28,187 nt of DNA from IMG/VR virus record IMGVR_UViG_3300023118_000008, positions 1 through 28,187 of that record. One strand, written 5' to 3'. Below, piece by piece: positions 16,948-24,809 of this stretch. A program made the position numbers and the translations under genes. The stretch comes from a virus. Taxonomy: Duplodnaviria; Heunggongvirae; Uroviricota; Caudoviricetes. Numbering within the stretch: the first letter of the stretch is position 1; every line of letters starts with the position of its first letter. Under the pieces are notes generated by a model. The model did no database searches. It was not told where the DNA came from and saw only the letters and a program-made list of their open reading frames with translations.

Positions 16948-17245
16948 TTTTATGGGTGTCTATTATTGAGTTTATAGTTTGTAAAAATTCTTTTCTTCTT
17001 TGCCTGAATTGTGGTTTTTTACTAAATGGGAAATCATCGAACTCAATATAGCCTATTGACAAATCTTTATAGGTTATTATTATAAGCCCGATTCCTTCTA
17101 GGAGCCTTCTTGGAATAAAAATACCGTAATCGCCTTTCAAGTAGTAAGACATTTTTGAATTTTTCTTATCCAGCTCAAAACCTTGCAATTCCGATTTTAA
17201 AACATTTACAAATTTCGTGTAATATTGCTGCTTCACGTTATTCAT
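16832..17245 (-). CDS. hypothetical protein, first gene of the leftward operon
   Basis: 137 aa directly downstream of a consensus promoter; overlaps the GroES-like gene by 116 nt. Confidence 0.65.
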   Translation of the reverse strand: MNNVKQQYYTKFVNVLKSELQGFELDKKNSKMSYYLKGDYGIFIPRRLLEGIGLIIITYKDLSIGYIEFDDFPFSKKPQFRQRRKEFLQTINSIIDTHKNELEIPWKKINRIKHKLRTFGGNIFHSASFICRRGFLL

Positions 17246-17250
17246 CCTGA

Positions 17251-17282
17251 CAAAGATATAAATATATATTTAACTAGGCAAG
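17251..17282 (-). promoter_or_regulatory. Bacteroidota sigma70 promoter, leftward
   Basis: Minus strand CTTG (17282-17279)-N20-TATCTTTG (17258-17251). Confidence 0.75.
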
Positions 17283-17327
17283 ATAATTAACTAAACTTTA
17301 ACTCAATGTAAATATTCTATTTATGAA

Positions 17328-17359
17328 TTTGGTTATTTGGATTTTAGTTTGTATCTTTG
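17328..17359 (+). promoter_or_regulatory. Bacteroidota sigma70 promoter, rightward (divergent pair)
   Basis: TTTG (17328-17331)-N20-TATCTTTG (17352-17359). Confidence 0.8.
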
Positions 17360-17380
17360 CGGGAAGAAAAAAGAAATAGA

Positions 17381-17594
17381 AATGCAAAAAGACAAGCTCG
17401 GATTCTTCGAGTATAAAGAAGTTATCTACGGTTTCTTGAATGAGCTGATTTTAAATTCTTTCGCGGAAGAAAAAATAGAAGAGATACTCTACTCTCTTTG
17501 GAACAGCTACTACACAAGCCAAGTAAAAGAAATCTCAATAAAAAGAGATGCCCAAGTTTTAGAAACGGCATTATTCTTCTTAATCAAAGGTTAA
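17381..17594 (+). CDS. hypothetical protein (start about 17381-17382, MQKDKL...; the track's 17337 start lies inside the promoter)
   Basis: A-rich leader before the ATG; promoter immediately upstream. Confidence 0.65.
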
Positions 17595-17598
17595 ACTG

Positions 17599-17630
17599 TT
17601 TGGTTTTAAGTATTTTAATTCCTATCTTTG
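17599..17630 (+). promoter_or_regulatory. Bacteroidota sigma70 promoter upstream of the structured leader
   Basis: TTTG (17599-17602)-N20-TATCTTTG (17623-17630). Confidence 0.8.
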
Positions 17631-17639
17631 ATTATTATT

Positions 17640-17795
17640 ACGCGTGTGAAGGGGAAGTCACACAAAACATAGAATTTTAAAGGTTATAATTGTTGTAGCA
17701 CTCTTTTATAAACCACATCATAACAGTATTTAAAAATTACCCTGTTAGATAAAAACCAGTGCTACTTTAGGTTTTTATTTTTCGGGGCTTTTTTA
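17640..17795 (+). ncRNA. candidate structured leader RNA/ncRNA (four hairpins, complementary loops)
   Basis: Inverted repeats at 17644-63, 17682-714, 17721-47, 17747-80; GTAGCACT (17695-702) is complementary to AGTGCTAC (17758-65). Confidence 0.45.
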
Positions 17796-17800
17796 TTTTA

Positions 17801-18706
17801 ATGCAAAAAGTTTTCAGATTGCCATCACAATTATATTTTGATCTGTTTTCTACTCCTGAGTTATCAGGAGACAAACTTATTGCTGTTTACTCAATCTTGA
17901 AAACCTCAAGAAATGGTGAAGTAAAATATTATGCTTACAAAGCTAAAAATAATAAATTTGTTAGTGGATATTCTCTTTTGAGAGCAAAAACTAACATATC
18001 GTTGAAGACATTAAAAAAATATGTTCCTGCATTAATAGAAAAAGGTTTATGTCATTTTGACGAAAACGGAGATTTTGTATTATTAGGAAATAAGAAAGTT
18101 AAAGAATTATATACAAGAAAGCTTGTACCTGTTGTTATAGGTGAAAGTTTTCTTGATACTGCCCTAAAAGTAATGTCTGTAAGAATCCACTCGAAAGAGG
18201 GATATCAAAAGAAAGAAATTGCAAAAAAACTAACTCGAAGTGAACAACTAAAGCAAGTGGTTGATAAATCTAATACAAACGCGGGAAAAAGAGCCCTAAA
18301 GCGTTCTGTAAAGGATGAGTCAGTTATTATCGAGAAAACTGTTTTATCGTTGCAAGGATTTTCTAAATTAAAAGACGGAACTTTAGACAATAAATCTAAA
18401 GGGTATTATTGGAAGAAAAAATTAAAAGCAAAAGGGTTGGTTAAGACTTCAAGAAGATTTGAAGAAATTGAAAAAATGTCTTTCTCAGAATACCAGTATT
18501 TAAAATCTGTCTTTGGTTTGCAAAGAGCGGAGACTTACAATAATGGATTTTTGTGTAGAGAAACTATTTCTTCTTTTTCGGCGGTGGATTTAACCAAAAA
18601 GGAAATTAAATTAGAAATTAAAGTTTCTCCTAGAAAACCATCAAAGAAGCCTATCAGATTAGACTTTGATATGATTAAGTTTTGGGAAAGTGGGGCAGGA
18701 AATTAA
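17801..18706 (+). CDS. HTH DNA-binding protein, candidate replication initiator (Rep-like)
   Basis: 301 aa, very basic; N-terminal wHTH (LRAKTNISLKTLKKYVPALIEKGLC) and a second wHTH-like segment (YYWKKKLKAKGLV); heads the replication arm. Confidence 0.5.
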   Translation: MQKVFRLPSQLYFDLFSTPELSGDKLIAVYSILKTSRNGEVKYYAYKAKNNKFVSGYSLLRAKTNISLKTLKKYVPALIEKGLCHFDENGDFVLLGNKKVKELYTRKLVPVVIGESFLDTALKVMSVRIHSKEGYQKKEIAKKLTRSEQLKQVVDKSNTNAGKRALKRSVKDESVIIEKTVLSLQGFSKLKDGTLDNKSKGYYWKKKLKAKGLVKTSRRFEEIEKMSFSEYQYLKSVFGLQRAETYNNGFLCRETISSFSAVDLTKKEIKLEIKVSPRKPSKKPIRLDFDMIKFWESGAGN

Positions 18707-18752
18707 ACCCCTTGCTTTAGTTGGTGTTAATAAAATACAGTGAGACAAAATT

Positions 18753-19016
18753 ATGAGAGAAAGTTGGAAAGACTACAAGGCTAAACTTGTATTATTAGGC
18801 TATTCGAAAGAGGAAATAAAAGCCGTAAAAGAGATTAGGGAAAAAGCTGAGCATTGTACTTTTGAGCAGTTTCGTGAACTTTATATGCAAGGCGTAGTTA
18901 AACGCACAAGAAAACTAAAGATTCCACGTAATATATATGTAACAGAAGACGGAAAATTATGGGCTTTAAGCCACTACTATAAAAGGTATGAATATGTTGG
19001 ATATTTTAATAGTTAA
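18753..19016 (+). CDS. hypothetical protein
   Basis: 87-aa ORF with A-rich leader. Confidence 0.7.
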   Translation: MRESWKDYKAKLVLLGYSKEEIKAVKEIREKAEHCTFEQFRELYMQGVVKRTRKLKIPRNIYVTEDGKLWALSHYYKRYEYVGYFNS

Positions 19017-19018
19017 TT

Positions 19019-20230
19019 ATGGGAAAATTAAAATGGACATATGAAGCTTGCAAAGAAGAGGCTTTAAAGTATACTACTAGAAATCAATATTCTAAAAATT
19101 CAGCTAGTTCATATAACTCAGCTAGAGAGCATAAATGGTTAAACGATATCTGTTCTCATATGAATTACGAACAGCTTCCCAAAAACTATTGGACTAAAGA
19201 GATATGTCAATTAGAGTCTCTAAAATATTCATCAAAAGTTGATTTCAAATTAAATTCACCAACTGCATATTCTACAGCTAGGAAGAGAAAATGGTTTAAC
19301 GAGATATGTTCACATATGGAAGTTACAAGAAAACCTAATGGATATTGGACAAAAGATAGGTGTAAAGAGGAGGCATTAAAATATACAAACTGCACAGACT
19401 TCCAAAAAAGTTGCTCAAGCGCATATAATACTTCTTTAAAAAATCAATGGTATTGTGAAATAACTAGTCATTTCGAACTAAAAGGTAATTGGTATAAAAG
19501 ATTCATTTATGCGTACGAATTTATAGATGGTAGTGTTTATGTGGGATTAACTTATAATATAGAAGAAAGGAGAATATCCCATAATATAAGCGGAAGTGTG
19601 TTTGAATACATAACTAAAACTGGTTACACATTTAATTTTGTGCAGATAACACCAGAACCTGTTGATGTTGAAGATGCTAAAAAACTAGAAGCTTATTATT
19701 TAGATAAATACATTAAAGAGGGTTGGAAACCTCTGAATAAAAATAAAGCAGGAGGAGTTGGAGGAAACAGTCTAAAATGGACAATTGAGAATTTAAGAAC
19801 AGAAGCACTTAAGTATAACTACAGAGGAGAATTTACAACTAAAAGTCCTTCCGCTTATAACGCGGCTTTAAAAAGAGGGTTATTAGATAGTATTTGTTCC
19901 CATATGACTAGAAAGCATAAAGAAAAAGCAGTATATTCTTTAGAGAAATGTATAGAAATATCTTGTAGATATACTAATATGAGAGACTTTGTAAAAGCAG
20001 AACCCGCCGCATACCACGCTGTCTTAAAAAATAAATGGCAGGAATTTCTATGTGAAACCTTAATTAGAAAAAGGAATGTTAAGAACTATTGGGATTATGA
20101 TAAATGCATAGAAATTTCTAAAGATTTTAAATCTTTTACAGAATTAAGAAATAAACATTATGGTGCGTATAAGTTAATTCTAAAAATGGGTTGGCAAGAG
20201 CGGATAAAAAATAAATTTAAAAATGATTAG
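19019..20230 (+). CDS. free-standing GIY-YIG homing-type endonuclease with six ~52-aa repeats
   Basis: FIYAY-x7-VYVGLT..IEERR core; repeats W..E.C..EALKY....F...S..AY..A....W...ICSHM, three on each side. Confidence 0.8.
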   Translation: MGKLKWTYEACKEEALKYTTRNQYSKNSASSYNSAREHKWLNDICSHMNYEQLPKNYWTKEICQLESLKYSSKVDFKLNSPTAYSTARKRKWFNEICSHMEVTRKPNGYWTKDRCKEEALKYTNCTDFQKSCSSAYNTSLKNQWYCEITSHFELKGNWYKRFIYAYEFIDGSVYVGLTYNIEERRISHNISGSVFEYITKTGYTFNFVQITPEPVDVEDAKKLEAYYLDKYIKEGWKPLNKNKAGGVGGNSLKWTIENLRTEALKYNYRGEFTTKSPSAYNAALKRGLLDSICSHMTRKHKEKAVYSLEKCIEISCRYTNMRDFVKAEPAAYHAVLKNKWQEFLCETLIRKRNVKNYWDYDKCIEISKDFKSFTELRNKHYGAYKLILKMGWQERIKNKFKND

Positions 20231-21602
20231 ATACCAATTAAGAGAGAATCAAAAAGAATCAGTTGAGATAGGCTTGAAAGAACTTACAAATCCAAAAGGT
20301 TGTAAATCAGTACTTTGTCTACCAGTAGCTTACGGTAAAAGCCTCTGTATATCCGAGATAGTTAGAAGGCTTCCAGAAGACGGTAATATATTATGTATGA
20401 GCCCTAACGAAGAATTGTTGGTACAAGGTATCTCAAAAATAGAGTCTTTTGGAACCGTGCCTAACGCCTATAGTGCTTCTATTAACCGAAAAGAGTTTGG
20501 TAGAGTAGTGTATGCCACAAATGGATCTGTAAGTGAGGATTTTTTAAGGCAAGCTAATATCAAGTACGTACTTTGGGATGAAGCTGACTATAGTTCTAAA
20601 GGAGGTAGTGTTTTAGCTGAGAAACTTAAAAAAGCAGGGATAAAAAACATATTAGGATTGAGCGGTACACCCGTATACCTAGAGTCAGGTCAAGATGGCT
20701 CTGTTGTAAAAATAATGACAAGGACTAAAGGCAAATTATTTAATAATATTGCCCAAGTTGTTCAAATGAAAGAAATGACTGAATTGGGATATTGGACACC
20801 TTTGAAATTTATAACAGAGAAAATAGAACAATCTGACTTAAAACTTAATTCCACAGGTGTAGAATATACCGAAGACTCAGTTGCTGAATTTAGTATAAAG
20901 AATGATATTATAGATAAAATAAAAAATAAACTTGAGATAATTGGAAATGAGTCTGTATTGATTTTTGTAAATGGTGTAAATAATGTAGAAGAAATTGCAA
21001 GAGAGACAAATTCTGTTTACGTACATTCAAAATTAAATAAGAAACTCAGAAAGGAATATGTAGAGGGATTCCTAAGTGGAAAATATAAAAGGATGGTTAA
21101 TGATTCGATTCTCCAAGTTGGTTTTGACCTGACATCTTTACAAAATATTATCGATGCAAACCCAACTGCTTCGATTAGGAACTATATACAGCGGATAGGA
21201 AGGCTTGTAAGATTACACAAGGGAAAAGAATTTGGCAGAGTATTCGACATATCAGGGAACTATCAAAGGTTTGGAGATTTAACAGAAATAACCTACGAGT
21301 ACATAAAAGGTTACGGTTGGGGATTATTCAGTGGAGATAAACTACTTACAGACGTACCTGCGGGCTCAAAAGAAATAACAACAAAAGAGTATTTACTTAA
21401 ACACGGAAAGCCTAAAAGCACTCAATTTGAATTTACAGAAGAACACAACGGTTCAGATAAACTATTGAATGGGAAATTTCAAGGGAAAAGCTTAAAACAG
21501 CTCTACTTTAGAAACAGATGGTATTTGAAATATCTTTACGAAAGTGGGTATACTTCGGCGAACAAAAAGATAGAAGAAACTTTGAAGTTAATGTTTGGTT
21601 AA
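20223..21602 (+). CDS. SF2 DNA helicase (RadD/YejH/UvsW-like)
   Basis: Q motif LRENQ, Walker A LPVAYGKS, WDEAD, SGT, LQVGFD, QRIGRLVR; C-terminal GKFQGKSL...WYL.YL module. Confidence 0.88.
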   Translation: MIRYQLRENQKESVEIGLKELTNPKGCKSVLCLPVAYGKSLCISEIVRRLPEDGNILCMSPNEELLVQGISKIESFGTVPNAYSASINRKEFGRVVYATNGSVSEDFLRQANIKYVLWDEADYSSKGGSVLAEKLKKAGIKNILGLSGTPVYLESGQDGSVVKIMTRTKGKLFNNIAQVVQMKEMTELGYWTPLKFITEKIEQSDLKLNSTGVEYTEDSVAEFSIKNDIIDKIKNKLEIIGNESVLIFVNGVNNVEEIARETNSVYVHSKLNKKLRKEYVEGFLSGKYKRMVNDSILQVGFDLTSLQNIIDANPTASIRNYIQRIGRLVRLHKGKEFGRVFDISGNYQRFGDLTEITYEYIKGYGWGLFSGDKLLTDVPAGSKEITTKEYLLKHGKPKSTQFEFTEEHNGSDKLLNGKFQGKSLKQLYFRNRWYLKYLYESGYTSANKKIEETLKLMFG

Positions 21603-21659
21603 AATCTTAGCTAATCTAAAGTTATTTGATTACTTTTACCATACAATAATAAACAAGAA

Positions 21660-21911
21660 ATGGAAGAAGTAGAAGACCAAAGAATTATGGAATTAATAGC
21701 TCCATTTTTTCTTGAAAATGATTTTTACGCGCATAAAAACAAATTCAAAAACGAAAAGTGCACCGTAACAGTAGACTTAGAAGAAGAGTACTATATTATA
21801 GAATGGAAAAATAACTGGATGTCAACTGAAAGCTTGAATCTAATGTATTTAGTTGGAGCTTTAGTTTGCCAAGGGTTAATTAAAAAAGATTTTAAATGGA
21901 AGATAAAATAA
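21660..21911 (+). CDS. hypothetical protein
   Basis: 83 aa; A-rich leader. Confidence 0.65.
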   Translation: MEEVEDQRIMELIAPFFLENDFYAHKNKFKNEKCTVTVDLEEEYYIIEWKNNWMSTESLNLMYLVGALVCQGLIKKDFKWKIK

Positions 21912-22087
21912 TAACATACTCAAATGTTATCGGCAATAAAAAAGGAGAGGTTAGGATTAATACGTTAGAAGACTTATTAAATTTTAGAAAAACTACAGCA
22001 AAAGGAGAAGAAATAATTATAAGTAGATGGACTTCAGAGGAAGATAATGTATTTGAATTGGAAATTTATGACTCTTATAGAGAATAA
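21896..22087 (+). CDS. hypothetical protein
   Basis: 63 aa; overlaps the upstream gene. Confidence 0.6.
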   Translation: MEDKIITYSNVIGNKKGEVRINTLEDLLNFRKTTAKGEEIIISRWTSEEDNVFELEIYDSYRE

Positions 22088-22094
22088 TAGATAT

Positions 22095-22403
22095 ATGGAA
22101 GATAAAATAATTTTAAATCATAAAGCATTAAAGTGCGACCACTGTGATTATAGAGACGATACAGTTGAAAGATATCAATATGAATCCATGATTAACAGAG
22201 CTTGTCTTCAATGTGGCGAAAATCTTTTGACTTTAGAAGATTACAATAATGTTTTGGTTTTAGAACAGGCTGTGAGAATGACTAATAATTTATCAGAGGA
22301 GCAGATCGCAGAAATGACGGCGGGAATAAGTAAAGAAACAGAAGAAAAACTTAAAACTTGGCTAGTAGATACTCATAAAGATATAACATTTACAGAAAAA
22401 TGA
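22095..22403 (+). CDS. Zn-finger protein (start MEDKII at 22095 preferred over the track's 22047)
   Basis: LKCDHCD...Y...INRACLQCGENLLT..DY two-knuckle Zn ribbon. Confidence 0.7.
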   Translation: MEDKIILNHKALKCDHCDYRDDTVERYQYESMINRACLQCGENLLTLEDYNNVLVLEQAVRMTNNLSEEQIAEMTAGISKETEEKLKTWLVDTHKDITFTEK

Positions 22404-22588
22404 AAATATTCATAACAGAAGATACAGACTCAGAAATGATTAGGATAGTTACAGAAGAGGGTAAGCATTTATTTGAAGGTAATTATTGGGATTTTGATTT
22501 CTGTGGTAAAAACATACAAAAACTTCTTAAAAACGCGGGACTAAAAGTAGAATTAACAGAATTGAATTATGATGAGTGGTACAAGTAA
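22400..22588 (+). CDS. hypothetical protein
   Basis: 62 aa; ATGA-coupled. Confidence 0.6.
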   Translation: MKIFITEDTDSEMIRIVTEEGKHLFEGNYWDFDFCGKNIQKLLKNAGLKVELTELNYDEWYK

Positions 22589-22781
22589 TATAGAATATCT
22601 TTTGGCGCAAGAAAAAACTTCAAAAGAAGAAGCACAGTTTGAACTTAACGAACTTGATAAGCTAGATACAAGCAAATTTGATGCTTTTGAGGCACAAAAA
22701 TTGGAAGAGAAAATACAAATGCTTCAACTAGAAGTAACTCTAAGAAACGGATTTATTTCAGATTTAGAAAATTTATTATGA
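22569..22781 (+). CDS. small coiled-coil hypothetical protein
   Basis: 70 aa, heptad-like. Confidence 0.6.
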   Translation: MMSGTSNIEYLLAQEKTSKEEAQFELNELDKLDTSKFDAFEAQKLEEKIQMLQLEVTLRNGFISDLENLL

Positions 22782-22966
22782 AAGAATTTAAAAGCATAGA
22801 TAAGTTTAGAATAACTGGCAGAGGCGAAGTAATAACAGTAAAGCTCGAAGATACAGACAATATAGTAGGTCAAACAGTTCTTATAGACGGAGAAGAATAT
22901 AAAGTCAGAGGAGTTGAATCTATGGGTAAAATTAAAGTTGGAAGTTTTGTAGGACTGCTTGTATGA
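22778..22966 (+). CDS. stand-alone EF-Tu/SelB domain II-like beta-barrel mini-protein
   Basis: IDKFRITGRGEVITV...IVGQTVLIDG...GVE...KVGSFVGLLV vs EF-Tu IEDVFSISGRGTVVTG...VGEEVEIVG...GVEMF...AGENVGVLL; ATGA-coupled on both sides. Confidence 0.6.
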   Translation: MKEFKSIDKFRITGRGEVITVKLEDTDNIVGQTVLIDGEEYKVRGVESMGKIKVGSFVGLLV

Positions 22967-23394
22967 GGAAGTACAGTAAAAAATTAGACTACCAAACAGA
23001 AGATTTAGAAAGTCTAAGCATAAGTGAATTAAAGAAGTTGGCTGACTATTGGCTTAGGCAGTATTTGTTGAGGCGAGAAGGAGATGTGACTTACTATTCT
23101 TGCCCTCTAAAACAAAAATTATACACTAAAGAATATATGGAAGTCGCTCATTACATTGACCGTCAATGTATGAATACTAGATATGATTTAACCAACTGCC
23201 ATTTAATTTCTAAGCAAAGTAACACTTGGGACGCCCAAATTCCAAAAGAAGGTTATAAATCAAAGCACCATTATGATTATGAAAATTATTTAGGTGATGT
23301 TATTGTGAAAGATTTAAAGGAAAGGGGAAAGGAAATTAAGACTTTCCGAAGAGAGGATTACATTGAAGTAATAGAAAAATTTAAAAATGAGTAA
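22963..23394 (+). CDS. NinG/Rap-like HNH-family junction nuclease
   Basis: L.K.AD.W....L..R...C...AHYI.R....RYD..N.H pattern. Confidence 0.75.
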   Translation: MRKYSKKLDYQTEDLESLSISELKKLADYWLRQYLLRREGDVTYYSCPLKQKLYTKEYMEVAHYIDRQCMNTRYDLTNCHLISKQSNTWDAQIPKEGYKSKHHYDYENYLGDVIVKDLKERGKEIKTFRREDYIEVIEKFKNE

Positions 23395-23800
23395 AGAAAA
23401 AATACATCCTTTTCTAAGATTAACTCAACTTGTAGAAGAGTATGATGATAATAAAGAAAGTTATGACGTCCATAAACTACAAATGTTGCGAGAGGAACTA
23501 AGTATAAATTTATTTTATATGTCAGACTCAGCTTCTGTAGCTCTGAGTAATTATGATTTCGCCGAACACGCCAGAAAGACCAAGACAGCGGAAAGAGAGC
23601 AGTATTATCACACACAAGTTGGGAGTAATGGTAAAGCAATGACTGTTTCAGAAGCTCAGAACCTCGCAAGAATAGATTGTAAGGAGGAAGTAGAAAATTG
23701 TAAAGAAACATTGAGGCAGAAAAAAAGAGTCGAAATAATATTATCATCTGTCTCACAAATATTAAATTCATTAAGTACAAGAATAGCGATAACAAGATAA
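23387..23800 (+). CDS. helical protein, candidate UvsY-like recombination mediator
   Basis: 137 aa, all-helical; AEHARKTKTAEREQYY resembles UvsY EAQKKVALKARLDYY; directly upstream of the RecA-like gene. Confidence 0.4.
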   Translation: MSKEKIHPFLRLTQLVEEYDDNKESYDVHKLQMLREELSINLFYMSDSASVALSNYDFAEHARKTKTAEREQYYHTQVGSNGKAMTVSEAQNLARIDCKEEVENCKETLRQKKRVEIILSSVSQILNSLSTRIAITR

Positions 23801-23807
23801 AATAAAA

Positions 23808-24809
23808 ATGGCAAAAAAAGCAGTTAAAGAAGGTGATGAAGTTGCAATGAGTGCAATTGAAAAAATGTATGCAAAATATAAAAAATCAGATAATATCTTC
23901 CAACCACCTAAATCACTAGAGGATATTGACACTTCCGTTGAAAGATTAAAAAATCCATTTCTCTCTTTTGACAGATATTTAGGAGGAGCTCCTGCGTATG
24001 GAAAAATGACGACGTACTCAGCATTTGCTTCATGTGGAAAAACAAGTTTGGCATTAGCTTTGGCAGGAGCAAACCCCGATAAAATAATTGGGTTCAGCGA
24101 CAATGAATTCAATTGGAGTGACAGTTCGTACATATGGATAGATAAATATTTTGGAATTGAAAAAGAAAGAATCCACATCCTACAGCCTACTTATTTAGAA
24201 GAAGGGGCGGAAATGGTTGAAGATTTATGTGAGGTTGCAGATATTGTTATTTTTGATGGATTTGACTCATTAGCACCAAAAGCAGAATATCAAGCAACAA
24301 TGGAAGAACAGCAAATGGGGCTTCAAGCAAGAGCCTATAAGAAGTTTTTCAGAAGATGTATGGGTAAGATTTACAAATCTAAAGCGGCATTAATCGTAAC
24401 TAACCATTTATATGAAAATATTGGAAACCCTTATGAGCCGTTTAAAGAGCCAGGAGGAAGATCTATTCACGATTTTGCTAGTCAAAAGTTATATCTGACA
24501 AGGAGTAATGTAAAAGATAAGGATAAAAATATGACAGGACAAGATGTTAACGTAACAGTTAACAAAGATAAACTATCGGGTAACAGAGGTGCTAAATTTA
24601 GTCTTCCTTATGACAATAAGACAGGTTTTGATATTGAGTTGGATATCTTAAATAACGCGGTTGAATTAGGTATTGTGAAACAAAATGGAACTTTTTTCAG
24701 TTATGACGGTACAAATATCGGACAAGGGCAATTAAAGGCAAGAAATACTTTGGCAGAAAATCCAGAGTTAACATCAGAAATCATTTCACTTTGTAAAGAA
24801 AAATTCTAA
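23808..24809 (+). CDS. RecA/UvsX-like recombinase
   Basis: SFDRYLGG, Walker A AFASCGKT, Walker B IVIFD, APKAEY, MGLQAR, PGGRSIHDFAS, IVKQNGTFFSYDGTNIGQG (RecA C-terminal signature). Confidence 0.9.
   Translation: MAKKAVKEGDEVAMSAIEKMYAKYKKSDNIFQPPKSLEDIDTSVERLKNPFLSFDRYLGGAPAYGKMTTYSAFASCGKTSLALALAGANPDKIIGFSDNEFNWSDSSYIWIDKYFGIEKERIHILQPTYLEEGAEMVEDLCEVADIVIFDGFDSLAPKAEYQATMEEQQMGLQARAYKKFFRRCMGKIYKSKAALIVTNHLYENIGNPYEPFKEPGGRSIHDFASQKLYLTRSNVKDKDKNMTGQDVNVTVNKDKLSGNRGAKFSLPYDNKTGFDIELDILNNAVELGIVKQNGTFFSYDGTNIGQGQLKARNTLAENPELTSEIISLCKEKF

Noticed and set aside
17498-17680. 60-aa + ORF spanning the promoter and leader (possible leader peptide)
   Set aside because: Starts inside the upstream gene in another frame and crosses the promoter, so it could not be on the leader transcript
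17640-17795. Assignment of the leader to a known riboswitch (cobalamin, SAM-II, c-di-GMP, lysine)
   Set aside because: Conserved core nucleotides of these classes were not found by eye; an Rfam scan is needed
18707-18752. E. coli-type -35/-10 (TTGCTT...TAAAAT)
   Set aside because: Spacing of 13 nt is wrong, and the host uses a different consensus
21605-21640. Possible promoter TACTTTTA before 21660
   Set aside because: Mismatch in the -7 box and weak -33; too poorly supported to list
23358-24178. Minus-strand ORFs 23358..23795 and 23771..24178, also 27941..28159
   Set aside because: Antisense to well-supported genes; shadow composition
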